Shown: one piece after another, positions 62,875 through 64,000 of the stretch | Position numbering within the stretch: position 1 is the stretch's first letter | Layout of the letters: each line of letters begins with the position of its first letter | Assembly (NCBI RefSeq): GCF_964213995.1 | Contig: NC_135813.1 | Coordinates: 61,318,001 to 61,382,000, forward strand | DNA length: 64,000 nt | Direction of reading: 5' to 3' | From: Mustelus asterias | Taxonomy: Eukaryota | Translations under genes and position numbers: made by a program | The notes under the pieces: generated by a model | The model's database searches: none | The model's input: only the letters and a program-made list of their open reading frames with translations | Told to the model about the DNA's origin: nothing

Positions 62875-64000
62875 GAAACTAAAACAGGAAATTCTGGGAA
62901 ATCTCAACAGTTCCTGCAGCACTTGTGGAGAGAGAATAGAGACGATGTTTCCAGTCAGAACGACACTTCGACAGAGCAGAAGACAAGGAAAATCTGATAT
63001 GATTTACGTTGTGAGGGGGGAGAGGATGCTGTAATTGATAGGAATAATGGCATAAACAAAAAGGCAAAGCGAATGTGAATGATGATGAAGGAACGAATAT
63101 TGCTAAGAGTGTCCAATAAGATATCGGAATCTGCAAATGGCAGAACAAAACTGCAATGTATAGGAATGCGGCAGATGGTCCTCGTGGGCTGCAGCGGTGG
63201 GGGTGGGGAAGGGGGGAGAACAAAATGGAAAGTGAGGTTTTAGAAGTGGAAGAATAAAAATGAGAATATAGTAATAAAAAAGATGAATATACTGAAAAGA
63301 AAAAATACAATAAATGTAAATGGAATGTGGGCTGAAGGGAAAGTTCATGCTCTGAAGTTGTTGAACTCAATGTTCAGTCCAGAAGACTGTAAAGAGCCTA
63401 ATCTGAAGGTGAGGTGCTGTTCCTCCAGTTTACGGAGTATCGCAAAAGGCCAAGGACAGCCATATGGAAAGGAGAACAGGGCCATGTGTGTTTTTATCCA
63501 TTCGTGTAATATGGGTGGCGCTAGCTGGCTAGCATTAATTGCCCAGTTCTAGTTGCGATTAAGAAAATGGTGGTGAGCCGCCTTCTTGAATCGCTGCAGT
63601 CCATGTGCCGGGGATTGAAATGGCAAGCGACGGGAACATCAGGGTCCTGCTCCTGGATGGACGGAAGGTGTTCTGCAAACCCGAACTGTGTTTGATTTCT
63701 CCAATATAGAATAGATCGTATTGGGAGCAGGACATGCAATAGACCAGATTAAAGGAGGTGCATGTGAAGCGCTGCTTCACCAGAAAAGAGTGTTTGGGCC
63801 CTAGGATGGTGACCAGGGAGGAAGTGAAGATGCAGGTGTTGCACCTTCTACGATTGCACAGGAAGGTGCCATTGATGGTGCACGAGTGTTGGGTGTGACG
63901 GAGGAGCGCACCAGGGTGTCCCGGAAGGAATGGCACCTGCGAAATGCTGTCATGCGTAGTGAGGGGAAGTTCTGTTGACTCGTGGCATCATGTTGCAGTT
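62875..64000 (-). mobile_element. Penelope-like retroelement 3' part with GIY-YIG endonuclease, interrupted by an L2-like tail (~63490-63612)
   Basis: GTFLCNRRRCNTC...KQRFTCTSFNLVYCMSCSQYDLFYIGE...EHL..I..DPDVPVACHFN; pLTR-like terminus at 62880-62975. Confidence 0.85.

Overview
Repeat-rich, intron-containing vertebrate genomic DNA, almost certainly from a cartilaginous fish (shark). The basis is HE1-type V-SINEs, shark-type CR1 LINEs and a germline-joined Ig light chain. The only near-intact host gene is a minus-strand Ig lambda (type II) cluster at 16.8-20.85 kb: octamer promoter, leader, germline-joined VJ and C exon. It is a pseudogene (start ATG>ATA, leader donor GT>GA, frameshift at the end of C). 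By-eye alignment suggests the rest of the window holds several more decayed copies of this cluster that kept intron and flank DNA but lost their Ig exons. Three heavily degraded proteinase-activated-receptor (PAR1/F2R-like) GPCR exons lie on the same strand. In two of them the GPCR exon appears to sit in sequence homologous to the IgL J-C intron, behind a phase-1 acceptor compatible with the J and leader donors. That raises the hypothesis of a PAR gene nested in, or spliced to, Ig light-chain genes. Other content: two near full-length CR1 LINEs, an L2/Crack-like LINE, a 7.25 kb PIF/Harbinger transposon, Penelope-like elements carrying minimal hammerhead motifs, many SINEs, and several local inverted duplications and hairpins at rearrangement junctions. 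All alignments were done by eye and reference proteins were recalled from memory; no searches were run.
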